From NCBI GenBank assembly GCA_021822005.1, contig JAJZSH010000002.1, positions 1 through 58,671 on the forward strand: DNA of 58,671 bases, given 5' to 3'. Shown here piece after piece: positions 9,992-18,955 of the stretch. Position 1 is the stretch's first letter. Each line of letters begins with the position of its first letter. The notes under the pieces are model-generated. The model was not told the DNA's origin. It saw only the letters and a program-made list of their open reading frames with translations, and ran no database searches. Both the position numbers and the translations under genes were made by a program. Origin of the DNA: Deltaproteobacteria bacterium. Lineage in GTDB: Bacteria > Desulfobacterota > Desulfobulbia > Desulfobulbales > Desulfurivibrionaceae.

Positions 9992-11494
9992 TCAGCAGAA
10001 AAAAGCGGCATGGTTGGAGGTGAAAATCGGCGGGTCGCGGTGGAGAATCCGGGCAATATCGGGGTGACGTTTGAACTCCTGATCGAGGAATCTCCGGATT
10101 TCCTTGCGTGACCACCCTTTTGGGTGCGCAAAATCGGTGTACAGGGAAAGGTCGCCTCCGTAAAATTCGCTGCGCGCCACGCTGGGCGCTTCCGGGCTGC
10201 CGATGGGCATGTTGAACACGGCCAGGTTGAGAAAGGTAATGGCCGAATGGTGCCGGACCACGAAGTCCAGGGTACGGCGCGCTTCGGCAAGGGATTCCGA
10301 GGGGGTGCCGAACAGCAGATAGATGTAAGTGGCGATCCCGGCCTCGGCCAAGGTTTGCAGAACTTTTTCGATCAGGGTCAAATCCTGGCCCTTGTTCATG
10401 GCGTCCAGCACGGACTGGTCCCCTGACTCAAGGCCCAACTTCAGCATCCGGCAACCGGATCGGCGCAGGGCCCGGCAGAAGTCAGCCTCGGCCAGCAGGG
10501 GGCTGATCCGGGCAAAGCCGTACCAGTCGAGGCCCGGCGGTTCGGCGGCCAGGGCCTGCATCAGGGCCGGGCTCACCGCGTTGTCGAGAAAATGGAGAAG
10601 GGCCGGGCGGGTGGCGGCTTTGAGTCTGGCGATATCCGCCAGCACCGTGGCCGGGGAAATCGGGAGGTACGGGTTGCCTTCGGCCTTTTCCGGGCAGAAC
10701 AGACAGCGATTCCAATAGCAGCCGGAAGAGGCGGCGTAGGGCAGGATGAGGCCGGGGGCCAGATACTCGGCCAGTGGCAGGCCGGAATACGAAGGGGTCT
10801 GGTGGCGCGGGGAAAAATCGCCGGAAAGGAGGCGGACCAGCGCTTCTTCTCCGGGCCCGGCAAGGCAATGGTCGATCAACCCGGCAAAGGGGTTGCGAAA
10901 ATTCGGGTTGCGCAGCCAGGAGGTGACCAGCCCGCCCCCCAGCACGACCGGCAGCCCCGGATAGCGCTTCTTGAGAAAACCGATCATGGCAAAGCTGGTG
11001 GGGGCCTGGCTCAGGTAGTTCAGGGAGATGCCGATGAGGGCGGGCCGGGCTTTCTCGATAAGGCCGGGGAGCCGGGCCGCGAAGTAGGGAAAGAATATGT
11101 TTGCCTCGGGCTTCTCGGCAGCCCGGATAAGGTCCGCGCTGCTCAAGGGGGAGAGACCCTGTTCCTGATAGTTGGCCAGGCTGAGGGACAGGCGGCGCTG
11201 GCCGGTTTGCTCCAGCACCCGGTTGACATCCGCCACTGCCCGCCGGTAGCGGGAAGGGTTTTGGTACAGCTCCGGGGTGCGCAAGGCCGCCAGATTATCG
11301 TTGAGATTCCTGCCCGCGCGGAGGCTCCAGGTATCCGTGCCGGGGGTTGGGGCGGCGAGCAGGAACATCTGGCCTTCAAGGTTGGCGTCCAGCAGGGTGC
11401 AGGGCAGGCCATGACCACGGAGGGTCCCGGCCAGGCGGGCAATCCCGGCTGGAGGTTCGCAGGTCTTGGCGGCAGGGGGATGGATGAGGAGCAT
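9992..11494 (-). CDS. B12-binding-type radical SAM protein
   Basis: MLLIHPP start, SGCYWNRCLFC (CxxxCxxC), LGLESG. Confidence 0.85.
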   Translation of the reverse strand: MLLIHPPAAKTCEPPAGIARLAGTLRGHGLPCTLLDANLEGQMFLLAAPTPGTDTWSLRAGRNLNDNLAALRTPELYQNPSRYRRAVADVNRVLEQTGQRRLSLSLANYQEQGLSPLSSADLIRAAEKPEANIFFPYFAARLPGLIEKARPALIGISLNYLSQAPTSFAMIGFLKKRYPGLPVVLGGGLVTSWLRNPNFRNPFAGLIDHCLAGPGEEALVRLLSGDFSPRHQTPSYSGLPLAEYLAPGLILPYAASSGCYWNRCLFCPEKAEGNPYLPISPATVLADIARLKAATRPALLHFLDNAVSPALMQALAAEPPGLDWYGFARISPLLAEADFCRALRRSGCRMLKLGLESGDQSVLDAMNKGQDLTLIEKVLQTLAEAGIATYIYLLFGTPSESLAEARRTLDFVVRHHSAITFLNLAVFNMPIGSPEAPSVARSEFYGGDLSLYTDFAHPKGWSRKEIRRFLDQEFKRHPDIARILHRDPPIFTSNHAAFFC

Positions 11495-11579
11495 GGGAAT
11501 GAAGATACCCGAATGCGTGCGGGAATGCCATGGTCGATGCAGCTTGGCGGAAGCCCGAGAGAGCTCCCCCTCCCTGCTG

Positions 11580-11618
11580 AAAAAAAAACGGGCGCTCATC
11601 TGAACATCTGGGCGCCCG
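11580..11618 (-). terminator. Rho-independent terminator after tandem USP gene
   Basis: CGGGCGC stem hairpin followed by a T-run on the minus strand. Confidence 0.7.
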
Positions 11619-11653
11619 CGGGAAACAGCCTGTTTGTGGAGTGAAGCTGGAGA

Positions 11654-12514
11654 TTACAGGTGGCAGACCAGGACCGGGCAGCCGGCATAGCCGATAACCC
11701 GTGCGGTGACGCTGCCCATGAGCAGGCGGGTCAGCCTCTTTCTGCCGTGGGAGCCCATGACCACCAGGCTAGCGGAGATTTCCCCGGCCAGGGTGGTAAT
11801 GGCCTGATGGGGCTTGCCATCCCGGACGAACAGTTCCGTCTGCACCCCGAGATCCCCGGCCCATTTTCTGACCTTGTCCAGAACCTTGTCCGCTTCCTGC
11901 ACGACTTCCTGGCCGAGGGGGTAAAACTCGTCATTGGTGTAAAACTCGTCATTGGTATAGACCACGGAAACGGCGTTGAGCTTAGCTTTCCGTTCCTGGG
12001 CTATCTCCAGGGCCCGGGCCAGGGCGTTGTCGCAGCAGGTGGAGCCGTCCGTGGCCAGCAGGATGTTCTCCCAGGAGAGTTTGCCGTTTTCCGGAATCAC
12101 CAGAACATCCTTGCCGGTATACCCGATGACCTGGGCGGTGACGCTGCCCATCAGCCCCCGTTCCACCTTGCCCTTGCCCCGGTGGCCCACGATGATCAGA
12201 TCGCAGTCTTCCTCCTCGGCGACATGGACGATCCGTTCATAGGGCTCACCCTGTTCCAGGTTGGTCAGGATATGGACCCCTTCGCGGTCCGCTAGCTGCC
12301 GGGCCTCGTCCAGCAGCTCCTGGCCGGGTCCGGCAATGGTTTCTTTAATGTCGGAAATCCCGATGAGCTCCAAGTCTCCCTGGTAGGGCGGGACAACGGC
12401 CAGAACCTTGATCCAGCTCTTGTCCTCCCTGGCAAGCTGGCTTGCCAGGGAGAGGGCGTTTTGGGCCGAGGGAGAACCGTCGTAGGCAACGAGAATCTTT
12501 CGGTACTTAGCCAT
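11654..12514 (-). CDS. Tandem-domain universal stress protein
   Basis: Two Usp domains (ILVAYDGS...GSVT; ILLATDGS...GSHGR...GSVT). Confidence 0.93.
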   Translation of the reverse strand: MAKYRKILVAYDGSPSAQNALSLASQLAREDKSWIKVLAVVPPYQGDLELIGISDIKETIAGPGQELLDEARQLADREGVHILTNLEQGEPYERIVHVAEEEDCDLIIVGHRGKGKVERGLMGSVTAQVIGYTGKDVLVIPENGKLSWENILLATDGSTCCDNALARALEIAQERKAKLNAVSVVYTNDEFYTNDEFYPLGQEVVQEADKVLDKVRKWAGDLGVQTELFVRDGKPHQAITTLAGEISASLVVMGSHGRKRLTRLLMGSVTARVIGYAGCPVLVCHL

Positions 12515-13844
12515 GGTTTACTCCGGCAAGGGCTCTTTTGCTGTGACGGTCGGCGGTCATCCCCTTGACCATGGCCACGATGATGATGAGGGCTGCAGAG
12601 CCCAAGGCTGCAACCAGGGACCAGAAGCTGATGCCTTCGAGCAGGGCAAGAGTGTTGGCGCCAATGGGGCTCATCAGATCAAGATCGATCAGGTAGCCGG
12701 GGATCTTGACGCCGCGGCTGACCGCGACAATGAGCATGGTGGTGGCCATGACCACCTTGATGATGTAATCCTTGACATAGGTGGTGCCCAAGGCGCCGAG
12801 CTGCACGCCGATGAGGGAGGTGGCCAGGAGCAGCAGGGCGAGACGGATATCGATAAGGCCGGAGAGGCCCCACTGCACGGAACCCCAGGCACCCATGACA
12901 AAGGCGATGATCAACTCGGTGGCGCTGGCCACCACGGCGGAGGCGCCGATCACGTAGATCATGCCGGGGACGCCGACGAAGCCGCCCACGGCGATGGTGG
13001 CGGCGAGCATGCCGGTGAGCAGGCCGACCGGGATGGTGATCCAGGCGGAGATGGTCACCTTGGCGGTTTTGAAGTGCATCATGGGCGGGAGCTGGATCTT
13101 CTGCATGGTCATGGCCAGCTTGCTCACGGTCTCTTTGCCGCCGCCCCTGGCGAGTTTCCAGGCATCATAAAACACATAGCCGCCGACAAAAACGAGAACA
13201 ATCAGGAAGACCGTGCTGATATAGAGGTTGGAGCCTGCGCCGCCAAATTGGTTCAGGATGTATTTCTGGATCTTGATGCCGATCTGCACGCCGATGACGG
13301 CGGTGGTGGCCATGACCAGGCCGAGCTTGATGTCAGCCTGGCCGTATTTCCAGCGCTTGTAGGCGCCGACCATGGCCTTGGGGAACTTGTGGCACATGTT
13401 GCTGGCCACCGCCACCGCCCCGGGCACGCCCAGGGACATCATGGCCGGGGTCATGACAAAGGCGCCGCCGGAGCCGATGAAGCCGGAGAGCAATCCGCCA
13501 ACGGCGCCGATAACGAGCAGCGCAATGAGCTTGCTGGCGGTCATGTCCATGAACATTACGGAGACATCCTTCATTACCTTGCCTTCGGCATGTTTGTCCA
13601 GATTGATCAGCACCTTTTGGTTCATTTTCATGTCCTCGGGCTGCATCTTCTCGCCCAGGGTCAGGGTCATGAGTTCCTTGGTGCCATCCTTCTGGAAGAC
13701 AACGGTGCGGTCCACGGCATTCACTTCGCTGATAATGCCTTTGAGCATATCCTTGGACGGCCCGTCTCCGGCGGCAAGGGCCGACTGGGCGAGCAGGGAC
13801 AGGGGAACAAGGGCGAACATGAGTATAATCAATAACTTCTTCAT
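12507..13844 (-). CDS. TauE/SafE (TSUP) family sulfur-compound exporter with N-terminal extracytoplasmic extension
   Basis: GLLSGFIGSGGAFVMTP and GVGGFVGVP repeats, multiple TM helices. Confidence 0.88.
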   Translation of the reverse strand: MKKLLIILMFALVPLSLLAQSALAAGDGPSKDMLKGIISEVNAVDRTVVFQKDGTKELMTLTLGEKMQPEDMKMNQKVLINLDKHAEGKVMKDVSVMFMDMTASKLIALLVIGAVGGLLSGFIGSGGAFVMTPAMMSLGVPGAVAVASNMCHKFPKAMVGAYKRWKYGQADIKLGLVMATTAVIGVQIGIKIQKYILNQFGGAGSNLYISTVFLIVLVFVGGYVFYDAWKLARGGGKETVSKLAMTMQKIQLPPMMHFKTAKVTISAWITIPVGLLTGMLAATIAVGGFVGVPGMIYVIGASAVVASATELIIAFVMGAWGSVQWGLSGLIDIRLALLLLATSLIGVQLGALGTTYVKDYIIKVVMATTMLIVAVSRGVKIPGYLIDLDLMSPIGANTLALLEGISFWSLVAALGSAALIIIVAMVKGMTADRHSKRALAGVNHG

Positions 13845-13883
13845 GGTGGGTGGATATCCTTTATGCGAGCCAGCGAGGCTGGT

Positions 13884-14231
13884 TTATTTTTTTGCTTCAA
13901 GGCCAAGGGAGCTCAGCAGATTGCTGGCAAAGGCCCCGTGGATGAAGGAAAAGAAGAAGGCCGCCCCCACCGGGTACGCCCCGCGCCAGCCGCCCATGGT
14001 GAAGATCTCGGTGACCAGCTTTTCGTTGGTGAAGAGCAGGACATAGGCGGAAAGCGAGATCGCCCCGAAGATGATGGTCTTCAGGTAGGGCTTGCTTTTT
14101 GCCGCCGGAGCCGGGGATTTGCCGTACTGTTTTGTGGCGTTCTCGCCCAGAATCTGGCGGGCGGTGTCGTATTCGCCTGTCTCGGCAAAGGCGACAGCCG
14201 ACATGTTTGTGTCAAAGGTGGTGATGGTCAT
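13884..14231 (-). CDS. Small membrane protein with FAE-motif N-terminus
   Basis: AVAFAETGEYDTAR followed by two TM segments; GGGAGA RBS. Confidence 0.75.
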   Translation of the reverse strand: MTITTFDTNMSAVAFAETGEYDTARQILGENATKQYGKSPAPAAKSKPYLKTIIFGAISLSAYVLLFTNEKLVTEIFTMGGWRGAYPVGAAFFFSFIHGAFASNLLSSLGLEAKK

Positions 14232-14276
14232 TTTTTCTCCCTTATTGGTCTGAATTTATTCCGCTCATGGCATTTC

Positions 14277-14312
14277 AACGCCGTCAGCACTGCTGTTTTT
14301 GAACGACGGCTA
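14277..14312 (-). repeat. Partial family-2 repeat
   Basis: Reverse strand TAGCCGTCGTTCAAAAACAGCAGTGCTGACGGCG matches the 5655-5692 end. Confidence 0.5.
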
Positions 14313-14318
14313 AAGGTG

Positions 14319-14843
14319 TCAGGCCCTGGCCGATCCCGCACACATCACGACAGGGCACTGCAACGCCTGAAATTTGGTGATCATGTTTTCTTTTGCCTTG
14401 CGGCAGCTCGCGCCGTCCGGCTCCAGTGCATCGAAGACAACGCACAGGATATCCCGGCGGGTACCGGCATGCCGGAGCACCTCGTCCGCCAGGCAGCCAA
14501 GCCCACTGACCGGGTGATAGACAACGCCTTTTTTGCGCAGGGCGGTGTTCAGGGAGGCGAGCGGTTCTTTTTTCTGGTTCAACCCGGAAGCCGTTTTGTT
14601 TCCCGGCATGCGCAGCATATGGAAAATTTCCAGGCCGCCGCCGAGGCGCTGACAGAGATGCAGGGCGTAGCTGATGGTTCTGGTCTCAAGCTCCGGTTTG
14701 TCGGTTCCCAGGAGCACCCGTTTGTGCGCATTTTTGTTTGTCTTGAGAAACTGGCGGGCCGTCTCGAGCTCGCCAGCCTCGGCAAAGGTCGCCGCGGTCA
14801 TGGATTCTTCAAGTTTTTTGAATAGTGTCGTCAGGGCGCTCAT
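14319..14843 (-). CDS. Hypothetical protein, FAE motif plus degenerate Usp-like domain
   Basis: AATFAEAGELETAR; RVLLGTD...YALHLCQRLGGGLEI...LQCPVV. Confidence 0.7.
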   Translation of the reverse strand: MSALTTLFKKLEESMTAATFAEAGELETARQFLKTNKNAHKRVLLGTDKPELETRTISYALHLCQRLGGGLEIFHMLRMPGNKTASGLNQKKEPLASLNTALRKKGVVYHPVSGLGCLADEVLRHAGTRRDILCVVFDALEPDGASCRKAKENMITKFQALQCPVVMCAGSARA

Positions 14844-14872
14844 GGGTCGTTCCAAGGAAAAGAGTGTTCGGT

Positions 14873-15052
14873 TCAGTGGGCGGTCTGGTTCGGCAGGATC
14901 TGGCCGCCAGTCATCTGTGTGGTCTGCTGCGCCCGTTTGCTCAGCGCCGGTTTCCGGCTGCCGATGCATTCTTGTGCCAGTTCCGGTTCGTTGGCCTCGG
15001 CAAAGGTAATGGCCATCATCAGGCGGTCAAAGCGGTTCAGGATGGTGTTCAT
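14873..15052 (-). CDS. 59-aa FAE-motif peptide
   Basis: MNTILNRFDRLMMAITFAEANEPELAQE; AAGGAG RBS; first gene after the sigma54 promoter. Confidence 0.7.
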   Translation of the reverse strand: MNTILNRFDRLMMAITFAEANEPELAQECIGSRKPALSKRAQQTTQMTGGQILPNQTAH

Positions 15053-15119
15053 GGTGGGTCTCCTTCGTATGTGTATATTGCGACGGAGCAAGTTAAAGGC
15101 TCTGTTGTCTGTTTCATTG

Positions 15120-15135
15120 AGCAACAAGCGTGCCA
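15120..15135 (-). promoter_or_regulatory. sigma54 -24/-12 promoter
   Basis: TGGCAC-GCTTG-TTGCT on the minus strand. Confidence 0.88.
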
Positions 15136-15290
15136 GACTTGGACTATTCTTTTTATCCTGTTATTTCGTATGGTTACTTTAGTTTCAGGCGGGAGGGGTG
15201 ATGTTTCAGTTCCGCAACATTATTTTTGGTAAAAAAATAATAGTTAATAAAATCAAGAAAATAACAAGGTGTTGCAACGAGAAAAGAAGT

Positions 15291-15305
15291 GTTGCCAAAT
15301 GCAAC
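15291..15305. promoter_or_regulatory. Putative enhancer (UAS) for the sigma54 activator
   Basis: Palindrome GTTGC-N5-GCAAC, with GTTGCAAC nearby, about 160 bp upstream of the sigma54 promoter across an AT-rich spacer. Confidence 0.5.
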
Positions 15306-15397
15306 CTCTGGACTTTGGTTTTCAGTGGGGGTATTGTGCACTCGAACAGAAAACCGGCAGGGGGAATCAGCGCCCTCGCGGGAAGGGAAGGCAGATT

Positions 15398-16846
15398 ATG
15401 TTCCACCTCGGCATACGCAAGAAGATCACCTTTGGCTTCTACCTGCTGCTCACCCTCATGGTGGGCTCCGCCGTTCTGACCTATGGCATCGTCAAGCGGG
15501 TGGAAGAACAGGTTGCCTTCGGCGAGGTCATCGAGGACTTTTTTAATACGGCACTTGAGCTGCGCAGGTTCGAGAAGAATTATTTTCTCTACCGGCAGGA
15601 AAAGGATTTTCAGGAAAATCAGCTCTACTGGGAGAAGATCAGGGATCTCTTTGAAAATAACGCGGCGGCCCTGCATCTGGTGGTTTCTTCCGCCGAGATC
15701 CAGCAGCTGGCGAGGGTAATTGGGGCATACAACGGGTTCATGGGGCAGCTCCACGCATATGACCTGGGGGTTGCGGGCGGCGGCGCAAGCGGGATCCGCG
15801 TTCAGGAGAGGCTGGAAGAGCGGGTCCGGCATACCGGCAAGGAGCTCACCAAGTTTGGCGAGAAAACCCGGGATGCGGTGAAAAAAAAGATCAAGACACT
15901 CCTGAAAACGACCCGGAACATCCTTCTTGCCTCCATGGTCTGCCTGTTTGTTTCCGCCCTGACCATTGCCGCCCTTCTGGGGAGGAAGGTGGTGAACTCC
16001 TTGAAGATTCTCGAGGGATACACCAAGCGAATTTCCCAGGGCGATTTTGTCGAGGTCGCGGTGGGCGAGGGGGAGCAGGAGATCCGTTCGCTGCTCACGG
16101 CGTTCAACCGGATGACCAAGGAATTGCAGGTGCGCCAGCATCAGTTGGTGCAATCGGAAAAACTGGCGGCGCTGGGCACCCTGCTCTCCGGGGTGGCCCA
16201 TGAGTTGAACAACCCTCTGTCCAATATCTCCACCTCGGCCCAGATTCTGGGCGAGGAAATTGAAGAGGACAATGTGGAGTTCAAGAAGAACCTCATCGGC
16301 CAGATAGAGGTCCAGTCGGACAAGGCCCGTGATATCGTGCGCACCCTGCTGGAATTTTCCCGGATCAAGGAATTCAAAAAAGAGAAGCTGCTCCTCAGGA
16401 AGCTGGTGGAGGAAACCATCCTGCTCATCCGGGGGCACGCGCCCAGCGAAGTGGTTATTGCCGTGGACATCCCCGAGGATCTTTCCATCATCGTTGACAA
16501 GCAGCGGATGCAGCAGGTCCTGCTCAACCTGATCAAGAATGGGATCGACGCGGTGCAGGGCCACGGGCATATCTGGGTTTCCGCCCTTGGCACGGGGTGC
16601 GGCACCGGGCTTGACGAGGTGGAAATCCTCATTGAGGATGACGGGCCGGGGATCGACGCGGAACATGTCAACAGGATCTTCGACCCGTTTTTCACCACCA
16701 AGGACGTGGGGCAGGGCTCCGGCCTCGGGCTGTTCATTGTCCATGACATAATCGAGTGGCATGGCGGGACCATCAGTGTGGACAGCAGGCCCGGCCTTGG
16801 CACCACCTTCATTATCTGGCTACCGGGAGAGCAACAGGAAATGTAA
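15398..16846 (+). CDS. Membrane HAMP sensor histidine kinase
   Basis: Two TM helices, HAMP, AHELNNP, DDGPG, GSGLGL. Confidence 0.92.
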   Translation: MFHLGIRKKITFGFYLLLTLMVGSAVLTYGIVKRVEEQVAFGEVIEDFFNTALELRRFEKNYFLYRQEKDFQENQLYWEKIRDLFENNAAALHLVVSSAEIQQLARVIGAYNGFMGQLHAYDLGVAGGGASGIRVQERLEERVRHTGKELTKFGEKTRDAVKKKIKTLLKTTRNILLASMVCLFVSALTIAALLGRKVVNSLKILEGYTKRISQGDFVEVAVGEGEQEIRSLLTAFNRMTKELQVRQHQLVQSEKLAALGTLLSGVAHELNNPLSNISTSAQILGEEIEEDNVEFKKNLIGQIEVQSDKARDIVRTLLEFSRIKEFKKEKLLLRKLVEETILLIRGHAPSEVVIAVDIPEDLSIIVDKQRMQQVLLNLIKNGIDAVQGHGHIWVSALGTGCGTGLDEVEILIEDDGPGIDAEHVNRIFDPFFTTKDVGQGSGLGLFIVHDIIEWHGGTISVDSRPGLGTTFIIWLPGEQQEM

Positions 16847-16948
16847 CTATCCAGCAGCGCCACATCTGCTTTGTCATCGGCCTGCTCATGTGCAACAGCA
16901 CACTTCGCAGGCCTCTTCCTCGCATCTGTAGCACTGCTGAACAGTTAC
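16843..16948. repeat. Family-1 MITE/REP-like element, copy B (106 bp, minimal)
   Basis: GTAACTATCCAGCAG...CTGCTGAACAGTTAC. Confidence 0.85.
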
Positions 16949-17005
16949 ATCCCTTGGTATTAGTTCAATTCCGGCATAAAGCTGACAGTTACCAGGAAAC
17001 TGACA

Positions 17006-18367
17006 ATGAATGACGAAACCGCGAAAATACTGGTCGTTGACGACGAAGAGATAGCTCTGCACAACCTCAAGCATGTTTTGAAGAAAGAGGGCTACGAGGT
17101 CACCGCCTCCCAGAGTGGTCCCCGGGCCCTGCATCTGCTGGAGGAGAATATGTTCGACCTTGTCCTGACCGACCTGAAGATGGAAAAGGTCGGCGGCATG
17201 CAGATCCTGAAGCGCACCAGGGAGATCTATCCCGACACCGAGGTGATCATGATCACCGGCTACGCCACGGTGGATTCCGCCATCGAGGCGATGAAGGGCG
17301 GGGCCTACCATTATATTGCCAAGCCATACAAGCTGGATGAGGTCCGGAAGGTTGTGCGGGAAGCCCTGGAGAAAACCAGGCTCAAGCGGGAAAACAGCAG
17401 GTTGCGGGAGCACCTCAAGGCCTTTCAGGGAGAGGCCCGGATTATCACCGACAACCCCGGCATGAAAAAACTGCTGGCCACGGCCGGACAGGTCGCCACC
17501 TCGGACAGCAATGTTGTGATCTGCGGGGAGTCGGGCACGGGCAAGGAACTGCTGGCCCGATTTGTCCATGCCTGCAGCAACCGCCGGAACGGTCCCCTGT
17601 TGTCCGTGAATTGCGGGGCCTTTCAGGAGGAGTTGCTGGCCAATGAGCTCTTCGGCCATGAGAAGGGGGCCTTTACCGGGGCGGTGGAAATGAAGAAGGG
17701 GTTGGTGGAGATGGCCGATGGCGGCACCCTTTTCCTCGATGAGATCACGGAGATGTCCCCGGCCATGCAGGTGAAGCTCCTCCGGGTGATCCAGGAAAAA
17801 GAGGTGATGCATCTGGGCGGGGTTTCGCCGGTCAAGGTCAATGTCCGTTTTCTCGCGGCCACCAACCGGAACCTGCCGGAGGAGGTGAGGCTGGGGCATT
17901 TCCGGCAGGATCTGTTCTTCCGGATCAACGTGGTGGCGCTCCAAATCCCGCCCCTGGCCGAGCGCAAGGATGACCTGCCCCTCTTGATCCAGCATTTTAT
18001 CAGGAAATACGGGGTGTTGATGCACAAGGAGGTGCGGAACATCGACCCGGAGGTGGTGGATATTCTGCTGCGTTACGATTTTCCGGGCAATGTCCGGGAG
18101 CTGGAAAACATCATCGAGCGCGGGGTGGCCCTGGCCAGCGGCGACACCATTGAGGTCGGGCATCTGCCGGAAGACCTGCGCGGCGCCTCTTTCCAGACAT
18201 TCCGCCGGAAAAGCGGCGGAATCCCGAGCCTTGCCGATCAGGAACGGGCCTATATCGAGTGGGTGCTGAAGGAACACGGAGACAACAAGAGCCTGGCCGC
18301 CCAGTCGCTGGGCATTGACCGGGTTTCCCTGTGGCGGAAGATCAAGAAATACGAGCTCGAGGGCTGA
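17006..18367 (+). CDS. NtrC-family sigma54-dependent response regulator
   Basis: Receiver, GESGTGKE, GAFTGA, FPGNVRELEN, Fis HTH. Confidence 0.96.
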   Translation: MNDETAKILVVDDEEIALHNLKHVLKKEGYEVTASQSGPRALHLLEENMFDLVLTDLKMEKVGGMQILKRTREIYPDTEVIMITGYATVDSAIEAMKGGAYHYIAKPYKLDEVRKVVREALEKTRLKRENSRLREHLKAFQGEARIITDNPGMKKLLATAGQVATSDSNVVICGESGTGKELLARFVHACSNRRNGPLLSVNCGAFQEELLANELFGHEKGAFTGAVEMKKGLVEMADGGTLFLDEITEMSPAMQVKLLRVIQEKEVMHLGGVSPVKVNVRFLAATNRNLPEEVRLGHFRQDLFFRINVVALQIPPLAERKDDLPLLIQHFIRKYGVLMHKEVRNIDPEVVDILLRYDFPGNVRELENIIERGVALASGDTIEVGHLPEDLRGASFQTFRRKSGGIPSLADQERAYIEWVLKEHGDNKSLAAQSLGIDRVSLWRKIKKYELEG

Positions 18368-18390
18368 GGGGCGATCGGTTTAGCAAGCCT

Positions 18391-18879
18391 TTAGTGCGTT
18401 GTTGTCCCGTCGGTGTTGGGCAGGGGCGGCAGCAGCAGGCCAAAGGCGCTGCCCAGCCTGCGGACCAGCTCGATGAAGCTGTGGGGCAGCGGCAGGTCGC
18501 GGTCAGCCAGGAGGATTCCCAGGGTTTGCGCCTGCTGGAGGGTGGCGGTGCTGTTCAGGCCTTCCTGGTGGTCGCACAGGGATTGGATGCGGAGGGCGTC
18601 GGTGAGAGGAATCCGCAGCTCCTCAAGCATGGCCCCGACCTTGGCCTGCTCGTGGGCAATGAGGTTCGCGTGGCTCCGGGCGAAGACGGCAAAGGGCTCC
18701 TCATGGGCCGGAGCGCCGAAGATCGCATTGACCAGCGCCCCGGCAAGCTTGGCGATGAAGGCACCCTCCCGGTCGGGATGTTTCTTCGCCAGCGCCTCTT
18801 TCAACTTTTTAAAAGAAATCATCTTCACGATCTCGACTCCCTCGCGCAGAATGGGAATCAGCTTGCTTTCAAAGGTCAT
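18391..18879 (-). CDS. Conserved hypothetical protein
   Basis: MTFESKLIPILREG ORF with GGGGAGG RBS. Confidence 0.7.
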   Translation of the reverse strand: MTFESKLIPILREGVEIVKMISFKKLKEALAKKHPDREGAFIAKLAGALVNAIFGAPAHEEPFAVFARSHANLIAHEQAKVGAMLEELRIPLTDALRIQSLCDHQEGLNSTATLQQAQTLGILLADRDLPLPHSFIELVRRLGSAFGLLLPPLPNTDGTTTH

Positions 18880-18955
18880 GGGCAGAATCCTCCCCTGTCC
18901 GGTACGGGTGCACAGGCTGGGTGTTTTTTGGGATAGGAGCGCGGCCTGGGGCGGC

